A DNA stretch of 64,000 bases from Tubiluchus corallicola (Eukaryota; Animalia; Priapulida), in contig JAQGDQ010000242.1 in assembly GCA_030141605.1 (NCBI GenBank), positions 1 to 64,000 of the forward strand, given 5' to 3'. The translations under genes were made by a program, and so were the position numbers. Below are positions 48,898-61,609 of the stretch, in pieces. Each line of letters opens with the position of its first letter. Position 1 is the stretch's first letter. The notes under the pieces are model-generated. The model was given only the letters and a program-made list of their open reading frames with translations. It was not told where the DNA came from and did not search any database.

Positions 48898-51720
48898 ATT
48901 GCCAATAGCTACTAAACTACCAGAGATGTGGTGCATGAATTATGAGTGACAAGTAACAAAAGTCCACATGCAGAAGTATCATGCGACAAGTTGAAAATGT
49001 CACGTTTTTACCCTGAAACATTTCTATTTTTTGTTACTTGAGCAACTTTAGTGTACTAGTGGATCAGTAAATACAAATTGCCTTTGTTTTAGTTTATGTT
49101 GTTAATCACTTAGCGCAGCTGAGGTAAATATTAAAAATACTTCTGTTTCCGTTTAACGTCTGGGTAATATTTTTTATCTCACATCCGGCCGGGAATTTTA
49201 TAATTTTTTTTGTACGTTCTTGACACTCCATATACTTTCCATATACTTACTTGACACACTCATATAAAAGTGTATTTTTTTAATTTAAAATGCAATAATT
49301 ATTATAACATCGTTCTTTCAGGGAATGCAGGACGCGGCCATGTTTTACCATAGCTTACTTTCGGCTAGGGTTGCTGTTTTTTGTGATACTCATTGTATTG
49401 GAGGCTGTAAAGTATGAAATTTTTCACCTAATCGGTGTATTAACGTCCGAGTAGTGTTGCCGAGTAGTGTATACCGTAATTATCAGAACATACGTGCGTT
49501 TATGATACAAAAAAGAGACTATACAGTAATCGATAATGATATGATAATTTAGTATGCAAAACTGAAAAACAAAGGGTGAAAAATTTGCATTGAAAAAATT
49601 CAAAACTAAACAGTGGGAAATAAACAAACTTTGATTTCAACTGATTTTAAATATTCACAAATTCACAGCTACACACATTCACAAAGTTTTAAAATAATTT
49701 TTTTTTCAAAAAAAAAGTTTTTCCTCTTTCTCTACTAACGTCTTTTCAGTTCATGAGGTAAGTAAGAGACAATTTTTTGTGGCGGCCTGAAGCTAGCTTT
49801 TTGAAATCTGCGTCACTGTGAACTTAAAAATCTTGAAGCCTTTCTCTGAGCAGAAACTGTTGAAGAAAGTTGATGAAAGTTTCAATTGAATTCATGGTTT
49901 TACTAATTTCCCCTGTAGCAATAATTTACACATTGCTTTTCTTAAACTTACCGCTTGCTTTGTTTTCTAGTTTCATTCTTTGTGTGCAGCCAGAAAGTGA
50001 CTGTATAACAGGGAAGTTGGAAGTATTGTTAGAGTTTCAGGAGTATGATCCGACTGTCGCATGGTACTTTGAGCAAAAAAACCGTGTTACATAGTATTAG
50101 ACCTTGTGGTACTGTTGCAATGAAATATCATGTTCATGTTACAGAATTTCTTATTACCGTGGCAAATATTTACTTTGTGAACTAAACTGTTACAAAATTC
50201 CTTATTGCCATGGCAACAGTCCACTTTGTGAACTGCATTTTATTTCCACAGCATTATAGTGGGTGTTATATCACAAGTATTATAGTGGTCATAATAAACT
50301 GTACCTACGTGGCCTAGCAGCAAATGCCAGCTTTTTAAGAGCACGATTCTTGCCATAAATTAATCGATTTGTTGCATATGAATCTCGCAATATGAGTGAG
50401 ATTAGTAATGTTCGGTGCACAATACTTATGTACATACTTACCAGCAGAGTTTGAAAAGCTGGATTACTAACTCAATTTAAGATCATATGTAAAAGTGATA
50501 AACACTTAGCACATGAGTAGTATGTAGCTACTTGTTGATGAAATAGTTTGTAAGATTAATTGTCACTTTCTGTTTTTGTGCAAATGTTTTTGAAATTTGT
50601 ATTTGTGCTGCTCGAAAGCCCGGTAAGTTTCTATCATTATGTACATAAACATTGCTTATTGTTGCTTATAACTTGAAGGTAAAATCTATTGCTCAAACAA
50701 TGTTAGTTGGTAGGGTAAATGTCACAATAAAATGGAAAGTCACAAAGTTGTTGTATCTGATTATTCATGCATGAAATCAAACCGTTTTCTGGGTACGATT
50801 AGTTATTGTGAGGTTCCCGTACTCATTCTTACTGTTAAATTCACATTTTTAAAAATGATGTAACTTTCTACTTCCGTTACTTTCATAGTTAGTGTTAAAT
50901 TTTAGTCATTAAATACATAATAAAATACATGTAATAAGTTCATTAAATTTTACTATTTACTTTAGTTAATTAGGGAGACTAGGTTTAACACATCTTTTTT
51001 GACAATAGTGATTAATTGTACAACCTTACTAATGTGGGGACTGCAGAAGTATTGATGAGTTTTTTTTTACAAGCATTGTGTGTCATTTTATGAAAAATTT
51101 TGACAAATCCCGACCAGTACTGGGGAGCAAACAAACAAACAAACAAACACATCCCACTCTGTTTTAATTGATGTTACAATAAAATAATTTATATAACAAA
51201 TCAGGCACTCGGCCAAGGAATTAAAATTAATAATTGGTACTATTCTATAATTAGTTTGATGAGATTTTTTATGAAATTGAGCATTGGGTGTTTTGTTTGT
51301 ATCACAACACCAGAGAGATAATCACCTAAGAAATTTCCGCCACTGTTTCGCTTTTATTACTTGTATAGGTATCGCGGATTATTACAAGTACAACATTTTG
51401 TGCTTCTTATAAATTTCGATCTAATGAGGCTGTGTAAATATTATACAGCAATTGCAGTTGAATTTTACTTTCATCGATGTTTTACATTTGATCGTAGCTA
51501 GTTTAACATGCAACGGCTTTTGCGGTTATGTCACGTTAATAATTTTGTACTTTGTATAATTATGTTTTTTCGCAGTTCGTAGCAATGATGTGTTTAGTTA
51601 CGTGTTATTTATGTATACATTGATGCAAAGTAATATATATCAAGTTGTTTTTCTATTAATGTGCATCTATGTGGGTAACTTTAAGTGTCAGTAATTGAAA
51701 TGAGCTTTGGTGCACTGTAA

Positions 51721-51916
51721 GGGGGCGTTTACCTAGCATCCGGAATGTGGCTATGCGTTATCCACCTGCGGAATGGCTGCGCATGAAAAATTAATAGGAA
51801 GTAGCTGCAGAGAAAGATACCCTAGTTATGCATTAAACGTGCATTGAAAACAATATAGCCCACTTTATCTATTCCGCATCAGCATAGCATATTCCGGATG
51901 CTAGGTAAGCATCACT
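51721..51916. mobile_element. PIF/Harbinger (Tourist-like) MITE
   Basis: Inverted TTACCTAGCATCCGGAAT / ATTCCGGATGCTAGGTAA near the ends, GGGGGCG start, TAA on both flanks. Confidence 0.75.
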
Positions 51917-52998
51917 TAAGAACATCAAGATTCAATCATTTATCATGTAGCTACAAGTTCTTATGTATAAGTTACTTTAAATGGTCAGTGAAACAAGCAT
52001 GTGATTGCCATGTGTCCAATGCTGCACTTTACCTTGCAGAAACGTGCAACGTGTCGCATACCGAAATAATTCCCTTAATTTTCATAAATAACACAAAGCT
52101 TCCCCAAGTAGTGAAATAGCAATTGTATGATTCATAGAATTAAGTTAGTACTTAAAATATAAATTTTTTGTTTACCTACAGGGTATTGACTTTTTGTACA
52201 AAAAAAGCTGATAATATGTTTGTGTATGTATACTATGATTGCGCTCTGATAACAATTTCAATCAAAATTTTAATATGTGCCTGATATAGAATTTGATGTA
52301 GATTTGTCAAATTGTGTTAATTTTTTATTATTTTATATCATGTTTTGTCCGTCGTTGACTGTACGCAAAAATGTTTCTGAAATAAAAATACCGATCAAAA
52401 ATCGCATGAATAACAAAATTTTTATTTTTCTCTATATCGTGTAAGCGTAGTGACAAAAAATTTCTGATTGATGTAAACCAACAATAGTAATAGTAATATG
52501 TTTCACTTCTATGCTTACTAGCTCAGGCAACAAGTGTGATGTAATGACTAATCAGCTACATAAAAAATTCACATTCGCATCTCGTCGGTTTCTTAAGCAG
52601 TCAAATCTCTTCATACCCGCCTACTTTGGGACAGCAAAAAACTTGACGCTATAGCGAGTTCGGTATTAATACGTACATGGCTATGCAAATATAGATATTT
52701 TGTTTTGCTAAAAGTGTGGGAGAAGCGAGAATTATAACGAAAATGAAAAAACATTCTCAAACTAATCCAATGAAATATGTTTTGCCTGAAATGAGACTAC
52801 TGTACAAACTGGTATTACATATCAACACATATCTCAGTTCAAAGAATTGTAATTTCAAGCATATTGAAGCATGTAGAATGCATTTTTTGCAATGGGATTT
52901 TCACAGTACAATGCTGTTACAGTCCTACACGTAACACCGGATGGTCGCTTGTTTCGCTTCGTTCACAGACAATGTTGTCAAACAGCTAGTGAATTGGC

Positions 52999-55900
52999 CT
53001 ATTTGTTCTTAATCTTTTCATCGGGTTTTACTTTTGGCCTGGAATGTTTTTTCTCGGTGGACTTGGAATCACTCTTGCTGTGATTGTCTGACTTGCTGCT
53101 ACTGGATGTTGTTGAATGAGTTTTTTCACTACTTTCCTTACTAAAAGATTTACTGCCACTTTCGCCAGGTTTACTTGATTTTGCCGACAACGAGGAACTG
53201 CTACCCGACTTCACTGTACCGTCCTTGTTGTGCTTTCTGCTTGATGTGACTTCACCATCTTTGCTGCTTTCTTTCTGCGTCTTTGACGATGAGCCGTCTT
53301 TTGTGACAGAAGTATCACTCCCCTTAGCAGCTTTCTTTGCAGTAGAAGTGGCATCACCTCCTTTACTGGCTTTCGTCGCTGCAGAAGTGGTGTCACCCCC
53401 TTTGGTGGCTTTAGTTGCAGCCGAAGAAGACGCATCACCCCCTTTGTTCGTCTTTGAGCTAGAACTGATAGCCTTGCTAGAAGTGCTGTCACCCGACTTG
53501 CTGATCTCTTTCTCTGATTTTGACTCCCTTACTGTTTTCGAGCCAGAGCTTGTATTGCTATCCTTGGATGACTTTGTACTAGATAAGCTAGTATCCCTGC
53601 TAGATTTGTTATGGCCTTCCTTACTTTGTTTTGAACTCGTACTACCGTCTTTTAGTGACTTTGAACTGGACGAGCTACTCGAGCTAGAGCTACTGCCATC
53701 CTTTGTTTTTGAAGTGGTACCCGCCTTACTACTGCTGCTGCTTAACTTACTGCTTCCGGGTTTATTTAAAGAAGACGAGGAATTTGCCTTTTCTACGAAT
53801 GGCTTGCTCAATTTTGTCAAAGACGAACTGCTGCTAACTGTCTTGAGACTTGGTTCGCTTATTTTTGTAGATTTTTCACCTAAAAATATGTATCGTAAAT
53901 TGCATCTGTTTTGCAAACAAAACTATTGCACATTAAAATTTGGTTATTATACCTTCTTAAACTTAAGTTAATACACATGCATTAATACAGAAAAATATAA
54001 ATACAACCATCTCTGAATTAACAAATTTAACAGTCTCTGAAATAAGCCACAAAGCAACAACAGAACTCAAGAATTTTACAGTGTTCAAGGTAAATTTCAG
54101 TTGTATCTACCTGAAGTTATATTCTTCCCATCAGCTTTAGCCAGAGAAGGCAGACAGCTTGTACTACTTGACATCTTCAAGCCTGATCCTACTGGTTTAG
54201 AGCCCGACTTTGTGCCTGAACATAAAAGCAATTTAATGGCGATGAAGAGCATGATTGTACCGATTTTAATGGTTGAAGTGTAGAGACTCAAATGCTTACA
54301 AAAGAGCAGTTATTCCTGAAATCTGTGTAACACTCAAATAACCCAACTCCTTTTATTCAATTTGGTTTTCTGTATGATTCGGTACCATGTAACAATGCAT
54401 TTATTTAACATGAACCATAAAGATCAGTTACCCCATAAAGACCTGTAATGTACATGTAACTATTATTATGGTCAATAAATTAATTAACTAATTACCTACT
54501 TAAGACACAAGGTTAGGGCCAGAATTTAGCTCATAATTCTCTGAGATGGAATGCTAAACTGACAGAGGTGTCTTAGCCGTATATGGAAATATCCAGCAAC
54601 AAAATGGAAGAGGCAGCTTTTCAGGTAGTCATCCATTTATTGATAAGTCTCAGTGTTGCTTAACCAATTTTTGTACAGGAAATCGCTAAGATTATTCCAT
54701 GACCACTCAGCTATGCCTTTTCCCCCAAAAGTCAAATGATTACCTATAAACGTTTAGCCTTTTTGTTATACAAAAAAGAAGAAACTGAGACATTTAAAAG
54801 TAAGATATTTTCAAATTAACAATTGAAGAAAACATCTATCAATTCAGAACAGTTTTGAGCAACGTACCTAGAGATGCTAATCCTTTAGTTGACTTGCCAC
54901 CAAGATTTGCAGCCAACGCAGCTAATCCCTGGAGAGGAGCTCCTGAATTATTTCCTGTATGAGACGATTTCTCTTTTATTTCAGTTCTCTTGAATGCCTA
55001 TTAAATATAAATATATGTTAAAGCACATAGCTGGCATATAAGCACATTAATCATAGTCACCACAGCAATGTAAGTATGACTACTGACTTGGGAACGGTAA
55101 TATTACCACCCAAATACAATTTCACGTTTGCACCACTAGTTCTTCGTTGTTACACGCATTTCGCCATTCTTACAGGGTCATTATAAAATCCAATGATATT
55201 AAAATCAAACACTTTATACAATATAAAATTATACAGTAATTTTAGCTAGCAAATAGTTAAGTAATAATAATTCTTGAAAAATGTTTGGAATGACAATATT
55301 CCATATTCAGTAAGGTTGAGACGGTTAGGTTTTTTAACTAACCATTTAAACATAATTAATTGTGGCTGGTTAACTGTTTGACCATTCCCGATGATGCTAT
55401 ACAAATATATTAAATACACATGACGAACTAATATGAAAAAATTGCTAAAATTAACCCCACTATATAATCATAGAAATTCACTGAACTTAGTATGTCTTCA
55501 GTACGTGAATAATTTATGAACCCCTTTGAAAGTTTGAAGAAGGTTTTGAGCAAAAAAATTCAATTTATAAAGAAATAATGCGATGCAATTACTCCCTTTG
55601 AAATATGCCATGTTCACTCACATACCACTGGTTGTACATAAACTCTCACGCTATTAGAATCTGCCACACTGGAATCACCACTCCGAATTCCGAATATTAA
55701 TGCACAACGAACAATAAAGCACTTTAGGTTAGTGATGCTACAGGTCCCTCACTCTACGTGTTGTTTTCAGTACTGCAATGGTTTTGTCACAGCAGTGCTA
55801 TGATTATGCGCAGTAGGGGAAAATATGGGAATTTCCCTTGTCAAAAGCCTTGTTGCTATGGGACCGAGTGTCCTAAATGTTGACATTGTTGCAAAGAGTA

Positions 55901-58900
55901 AGTGCAAAGGAAAGCAGTGTATAAACTGTTAGTACTTTTCAAAACGGTTACACCAGTTAGCGATCGTTTAAATGCTTAGACGGTTAACATACTCAACCTT
56001 AAATTCATGACTAATTAACATATCTTTAATAACACCCACCTGTAGGATTTCTGATTTTGCAAATTTGGATCCCGTTCCGGACTGTTTACTTATATTTGAA
56101 CCATGTGGAGGTGAAGTGTTGACAGTATCACGAATGCCACCACTGCCACTAGAGGACTCTTTGCCACTAGACTTTGTCTAAGCAGAAAAGATACAATTAT
56201 ACAAGGAAGTATTGATCAAGATTCGAATCTGTAACATAAAAGCATTGAATAACCTTTATGCAGTACTGAATATTTGACACCTTTTTTCTCACTTAATGAC
56301 GTACCGTTTCGTTTTAAGGACAATTTTTAACTTTGCTCACAGCTATTTTTTATTTTTTCAACGAGTACTTTTTACCTAATTTGCAGCATTAAAAAGGCAC
56401 ATATTGCATTATTCTGTTAGCTAGCTTGTACTGGTAAAAAATATGCAATTATTATTAATTTTATAATTTACTGAATTCATTATTACACATGGTTGCAAGT
56501 TGGCTATATCATAATAACTATGATTCTCACATCTTCTCTTCTAATTTTAGCCATAATATTGTTTTACTTATTCCATTGCTACATACTTTTGTATATAGAT
56601 TCTCTTCCTTGTTTCTGTTTCACATTCAGCAGTTCTTACCAGCTATTATAAGCGTTTTGAACTGCTGCAGTAGTATAATCATATATAGATACTAATTACA
56701 ATCGTTATACCTATTAGCTTGAACTAAAATTATGCAGTATTATACATGTATGTAAGGTGTATGTTACTATGATATACTGTTGATGTGAAATAAATTGAAA
56801 TTGAAAAAAGATGAAACAAGATGGGTGATGTTACTATGATATACTATTGATGTGAAATAAATTGAAATTGAAACTGAAACAAGATGGTTGAAAGCATAAA
56901 CACAATGTTTCCATTTTACTCTATTATTCCTATTTCTTAAAATATTCAAAAATAAATCAAATATGTAGAAAAAACTTTTTCAGCTTTGATACTTACAATC
57001 TTTTTTAAATTTTTAGCACATTTGTTGCAGTACCATATATTACGCGGATCGTTAACTTCCTGATCAGTAACTGCTGGCTTATGACAAGCTTGATGATATA
57101 AACTATGGCATTCCTGGCATTCGGCCAGTTGATTGTTTGCTGTCCAGTCAATTTGTCTAGATGAAAAAACGCAAACTATGATGAGTTCAGAGTATAGTAT
57201 ATTTCCAGAATATAACCAGTCAGGTACGACTAAAAATAAAATTACTTTCAAATCACACACGCACGCGCACACACACACACACACACATATATAGCAATAT
57301 TATTTTTGTTTAATTTATTTTTACCTAATTTGTTTTCCTTAATTTTATATTTATATATATAAAACTGGAGTAAAGTACAAATACAATTTTGCAGAAGATG
57401 ATATACAGTGTATATGTATTTATTCAAGTTATTTATATATATATATTGCGGAAGATGATGTACAGTGTATATGTATTTATTCAATTTATATATATAAATA
57501 ATTTGAATAAATACATATACACTGTATATCATCTTCCGCAAAATTGTATTTGTACTTTACTCCAGTTTTTATATATATTTGGTATACGGCAGGTCAGAAT
57601 CTAGCTTTTAGTGGCAATGGCAACTCACTGTTACGGTTTTGTGGCAAGACCAGAACTTAGTCATTATAAAGACTAAGGCTCTAAGATGAGTCACAGAACA
57701 GCCAGAGGTATTTTAGCCATGTGAAACGGAATACACAATAGATGAAACAGCCATGAATACACAATAGATGAAACAGCCATGAGAAAAATGGTTAGGAGAG
57801 AACACCAAACATTCAAGTTCAACTCGAACAGGTTTTTTTAGTTTAAATTCGATTCAAAACTGAGATCATAGATTCGAATAATTCAGCACTTCAACTACAT
57901 ATGTCCTTTATTATTAAAATGTTTGAAAAGGCATGCAATCAGCGCAATTCGGTTGAGATTTTTGCACTCAACTTTTAAACAAATTTTTATTGCATTTACT
58001 GCTGAACAAAATCAAGTTATATGCATGATCTTTGTAATATCGCTTTTCATTAGAGATTTGAAAAATGATTCAAAAGTCTTTAAAACTGAATGCGAGTTTG
58101 ACTGAAGTCGAAAAAGCCAAAATTCAGTTCGATTCAAATTCGCCTTCTGGTAGAGAATGCTCACCACCCCTAAACACAGTACACTCGATTATGAACCATG
58201 TTATAAAAGAAAGAACGCAGGCGATCGTACCTACATACAATACAAGCCACGCCTATTTCCATAGCAAAATCACCCGCATCCGTACTTTCCTCTCCATCTG
58301 CATCTTTGGACTCTGAGAGTGAGACAGCGACTTCAAGTTTAGGTTTCTTTGTTGGCGACTCTTCAGCCTCTTGGTTTAGTTCCTCTAGGTCATGTTTCAG
58401 CTGCAATTAATACAAACTATGCTGCATATAAACAACTATCTTAATAGATAACAGATAATTTGTACAACAGCAAAAAGTGCTGGCTTACAGTTATCTAAAC
58501 AAAGACCATTAAGCATGCACACAATCTTAAAATTGATAATGATCTGTAAAAAATAGTATTTACTTTTGGTTTTTCTCTGCACTTTCTACATAAATAGTCA
58601 GGAAAGCAGCTTTTTTAAACAAACAATTTACACGACAAAACCTCATTCCATTAAAAAAACTAGAATGATTCTATATAATTCAATCATGCTAATATCCTTC
58701 AAAGGGGCAGTTGAGGGAAAGTGGAGTGCACCTCCTATTGACAAAACAGCTTACATATCCACACACACGTATACATGTACCTATCTATCAATCTATCTAC
58801 CTATCTATCTACATGTATGTATGTATGTATGTATGTATGTATGTATGTATGTATGTATGTATGTATGTATGTATGTATGTATGTATGTATGTATGTATGT

Positions 58901-60039
58901 ATGTATGTATGTATGTATGTATGTATGCATGTATGTATGCATGTGTGCATGTATGCATGTATGCATGTATGTATGTATGTAGGTATGCATGTATGTATAT
59001 GTGTATTGATATATATTGATATATGATTGTATGGATAAGTGTATTGATACACATATCTACATTTCCACTTAATAAAATTTTCACAATTATGGCACTGATA
59101 TCCTATGATAAACAGATGACTTAGAATTAGTATTTAAATTTCATGTTGGACAAAACAAAAAAAATCCACACCAAGATGTTGTAACTCACAAACAACTTGT
59201 CAATTCTGCTTACTGTTACTTTAGATAATAACATGCAATTCTGGGCTTTGCTAACCTTGTCCAGGCTTCTTTTCTCTGCATCTCTTTTCTTCTCTTGCTT
59301 CAGAACTTGGCCTCCTTCATCGGTACTTTCAGGTTTCGTTTTTGGCAGCAAACCCTAAATACCGTAATTTTTTTAAAAAATACAAATTATGTAAATTTCA
59401 GAGATCAAATAATAATGGTTATAGATGGAATTGTAATGGATGCCAGATTAAAGTCTAGTGTTCCTCTATTTGTAATCATATGCAGAATTTATATGATTAA
59501 CAAAACTATATGGCCAAAAGCTCGCTCATTTTTTTGCATGTCATGTAGTTACATTTTATTTATTCATTTACAAGTATTACATACAAACAGAAAGAAAAAA
59601 ACAATTTTTGATGTCTACTTAATAATTAAATGAATGCCATAAGTCACTGGCACTTTTGTAGTATATATACGTGGTTTTCATGCATATGTCAAGCCGATAG
59701 TTTAAAAAACAACCTTAGTAAGAGTAACAGATTAGTTACCTTGGGTGTGTACTTTGCTTCTTTTTTCACAATATTTGCAGATGCTTCATTTTGGTTTTCC
59801 TTTGTTTCCGGCAATGTAAAAGACGAACTAGAGCTGAATTTGGGAACAATCGCGTCATTTATTTCGCTATCTCCTTGATTTCCGGTTGGTTTAACAACTG
59901 AATTTTTACTAGACGCCCGCTTACGTCCTGCGATAACCTCATTATACAGCTGCCTCAATTGTTCAGCAGAGTCTTTACTTCGCGACTGTAACAGTCGTAA
60001 CGCCTTCACAAAAATTGGGTCTAGTTCAGAAAGAGACAT
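52999..60039 (-). CDS. INTS12: Integrator complex subunit 12 (PHD finger), ~660 aa, 8 coding exons
   Basis: Minus-strand exons 60039-59740, 59354-59256, 58400-58231, 57156-56997, 56177-56040, 54997-54868, 54215-54111, 53879-52999; phases consistent. N-terminal ELDPIFVKALRLLQSRSKDSAEQLRQL, PHD DFAMEIGVACIVCRQ...NQLAECQECHSLYHQACHKP...WYCNKC, and AFKRTE. The downstream low-complexity exons are less certain. Confidence 0.9.
55311..56001. mobile_element. Probable hAT-type MITE
   Basis: TAAGGTTGAG ... CTCAACCTTA perfect 10-bp TIRs, subterminal ACGGTTA repeats; TSD decayed. Confidence 0.6.
57353..57577. repeat. Foldback inverted repeat with ~74-bp arms
   Basis: 57361-57434 is the reverse complement of 57496-57569 with 2 mismatches; the spacer holds a partial third copy of the arm. 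Confidence 0.92.
57793..58172. mobile_element. hAT-type MITE (TTCGAA-rich family), copy 2, more decayed
   Basis: Colinear with 9036-9383 (shared TAGATTCGAATAATTCAGC, ATTAAAATGTTTGAAA, CAAAATCAAGT..TATG.ATGATCTTTGTAA); ends CCCCTA. Confidence 0.8.
58780..59000. repeat. (TATC)n/(TATG)n compound microsatellite
   Basis: Visible directly; it explains the cluster of spurious MYVC/IHTY ORFs. Confidence 0.98.
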
Positions 60040-60132
60040 CTAAATTTTTCATTCAGCTTTCATCGCAGTCGAGCAATAAATTTAACATTAACACTTCTAG
60101 CGGCTTCAACAATCTACCTGTTGTTGTAATAT

Positions 60133-61162
60133 TGTAGGGCGCCGAGTAAGCCACTAGCCGAGGTAGGACACTTCCTGTAAACGCGTGCTAAATTTGCGGA
60201 AAAGCAGTGTCGTACATGGGCAGCCCAAGTGGGCGCTGGCGATTTTTGACGAAAATAGAGAATTATGATGACATAATAAAACATAAAACTAAATCTGTTT
60301 TAGAGAAAAAGTAACTTTATAATAATGATGGATAGTCTCTGACAATTTACAAAATTAATGTATTTTTACAATAGTGTCATCAGTATTATTAGCTCCATTA
60401 AAATCATTATAAAATTATACTAAGTATCTAATGCTTTAAAGAGAGAAACCATGCACACAGTTATTACAGAAATAATTACAAGTTTAAAAATGAGACAGAG
60501 GCTGTTACGCCTTCACAACACAAAACAGTAATTTTTAACATTTAAGAAAAGCAAAAACAATTAGTTTCAATAATATCAATAGTATTGTAACATGTAGGGC
60601 GCTGTCGTACATGCTCGCTTGCCCATGTAGGGCACATAGATTGCTACAACGTTTACTTAGGAGAAAACAATTATTTGTCCAAGAGGTAGTGAAATGGATC
60701 GCCTGTCTGTGAAGCAAGACAAAATGAAAAATGATATACCTTAAACAAATATTGAAATCGCTAAAAAGTGGGTTTATTTCACTTCAACAACATTAATATT
60801 GAGACCAAATTTAATATTGTCCGATCTACCAGCTCAGCATAAAATTCTTTTATTTTATCAGCTGTACAATAAATTATTCAACGTGTATTGACGTTTTTAA
60901 TTATTATTACGTAAACAAGGGCAAACGGACAGTGCCAGTACGCTTAGCGACTCAATTCGCGACCTGTCTCTAGTGTCCTACTTGGGCAGCCCATGTACGA
61001 CACGTCCTACTTGAGCTAGCCCATGTACGACGCGTCCTACTTGAGCTAGCCCATGTACGACACGTCCTACTTGGGCTAGCCCATGTACGACGCGTCCTAC
61101 TTGAGCTAGCCCATGTACGCCAATTGTTCTACTTCGGCTAGTGGATTCCTCGGCGTCCAACA
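60133..61162. mobile_element. Non-autonomous TIR DNA element with TGT...ACA ends (copy 2)
   Basis: ~36-bp imperfect TIRs TGTAGGGCGCCGAGTAAGCCACTAGCCGAGGTAGGA / TTCTACTTCGGCTAGTGGATTCCTCGGCGTCCAACA; homologous to 15033-16263; TSD not preserved (AATAT / ACTAC). Confidence 0.82.
60975..61120. repeat. 30-bp subterminal tandem repeat, ~5 copies, inside the TGT...ACA element
   Basis: Unit GTCCTACTTGAGCTAGCCCATGTACGAC(A/G)C. Confidence 0.95.
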
Positions 61163-61609
61163 ACTACCCTTTCTTCTGCACCCCTTACCACTTTCTTATG
61201 TATATATATTACAACAATATAAATATATTATCGCAATTATTAATTAACTCTAGCACTTATTGTTTATCTTGTATTTGTGGTGTTAATTAGGAGATAAATA
61301 AAAAATGTCTATGTCTAATATCGCCGTCTAGTTCCTTTTTAAATAAGATTATTTTCTTAACTTTAAATGAATTTACTAATACAGTTTTGATAATTACGTA
61401 AATTAGTGAAAATTACTTAATATATCATTACGTTATTCGTAAAAAAGTTTGTGCTTGTTGAACGTCAAACGTTTAGAGAACGCTCATAAAGACCTTCAGT
61501 TTAACTTGACTGTAAATAAATTCGTGTTGAACAGAATCAGTATCTTTTTGGTACTGTAGGAAGATCACTAACATTAATAGTCGATTTAGTGGTTTATCCT
61601 GAACCGGCC

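Noticed and set aside
50204-50217. RFX X-box-like palindrome ATTGCCATGGCAAC
   Set aside because: Lies within a short tandem duplication between converging 3' ends, far from any predicted promoter.
53225-53971. 248-aa hydrophobic plus-strand ORF
   Set aside because: Antisense shadow of the low-complexity INTS12 last exon.
58566-59084. Cluster of MYVC/IHTY ORFs
   Set aside because: Translations of the (TATG)n microsatellite.
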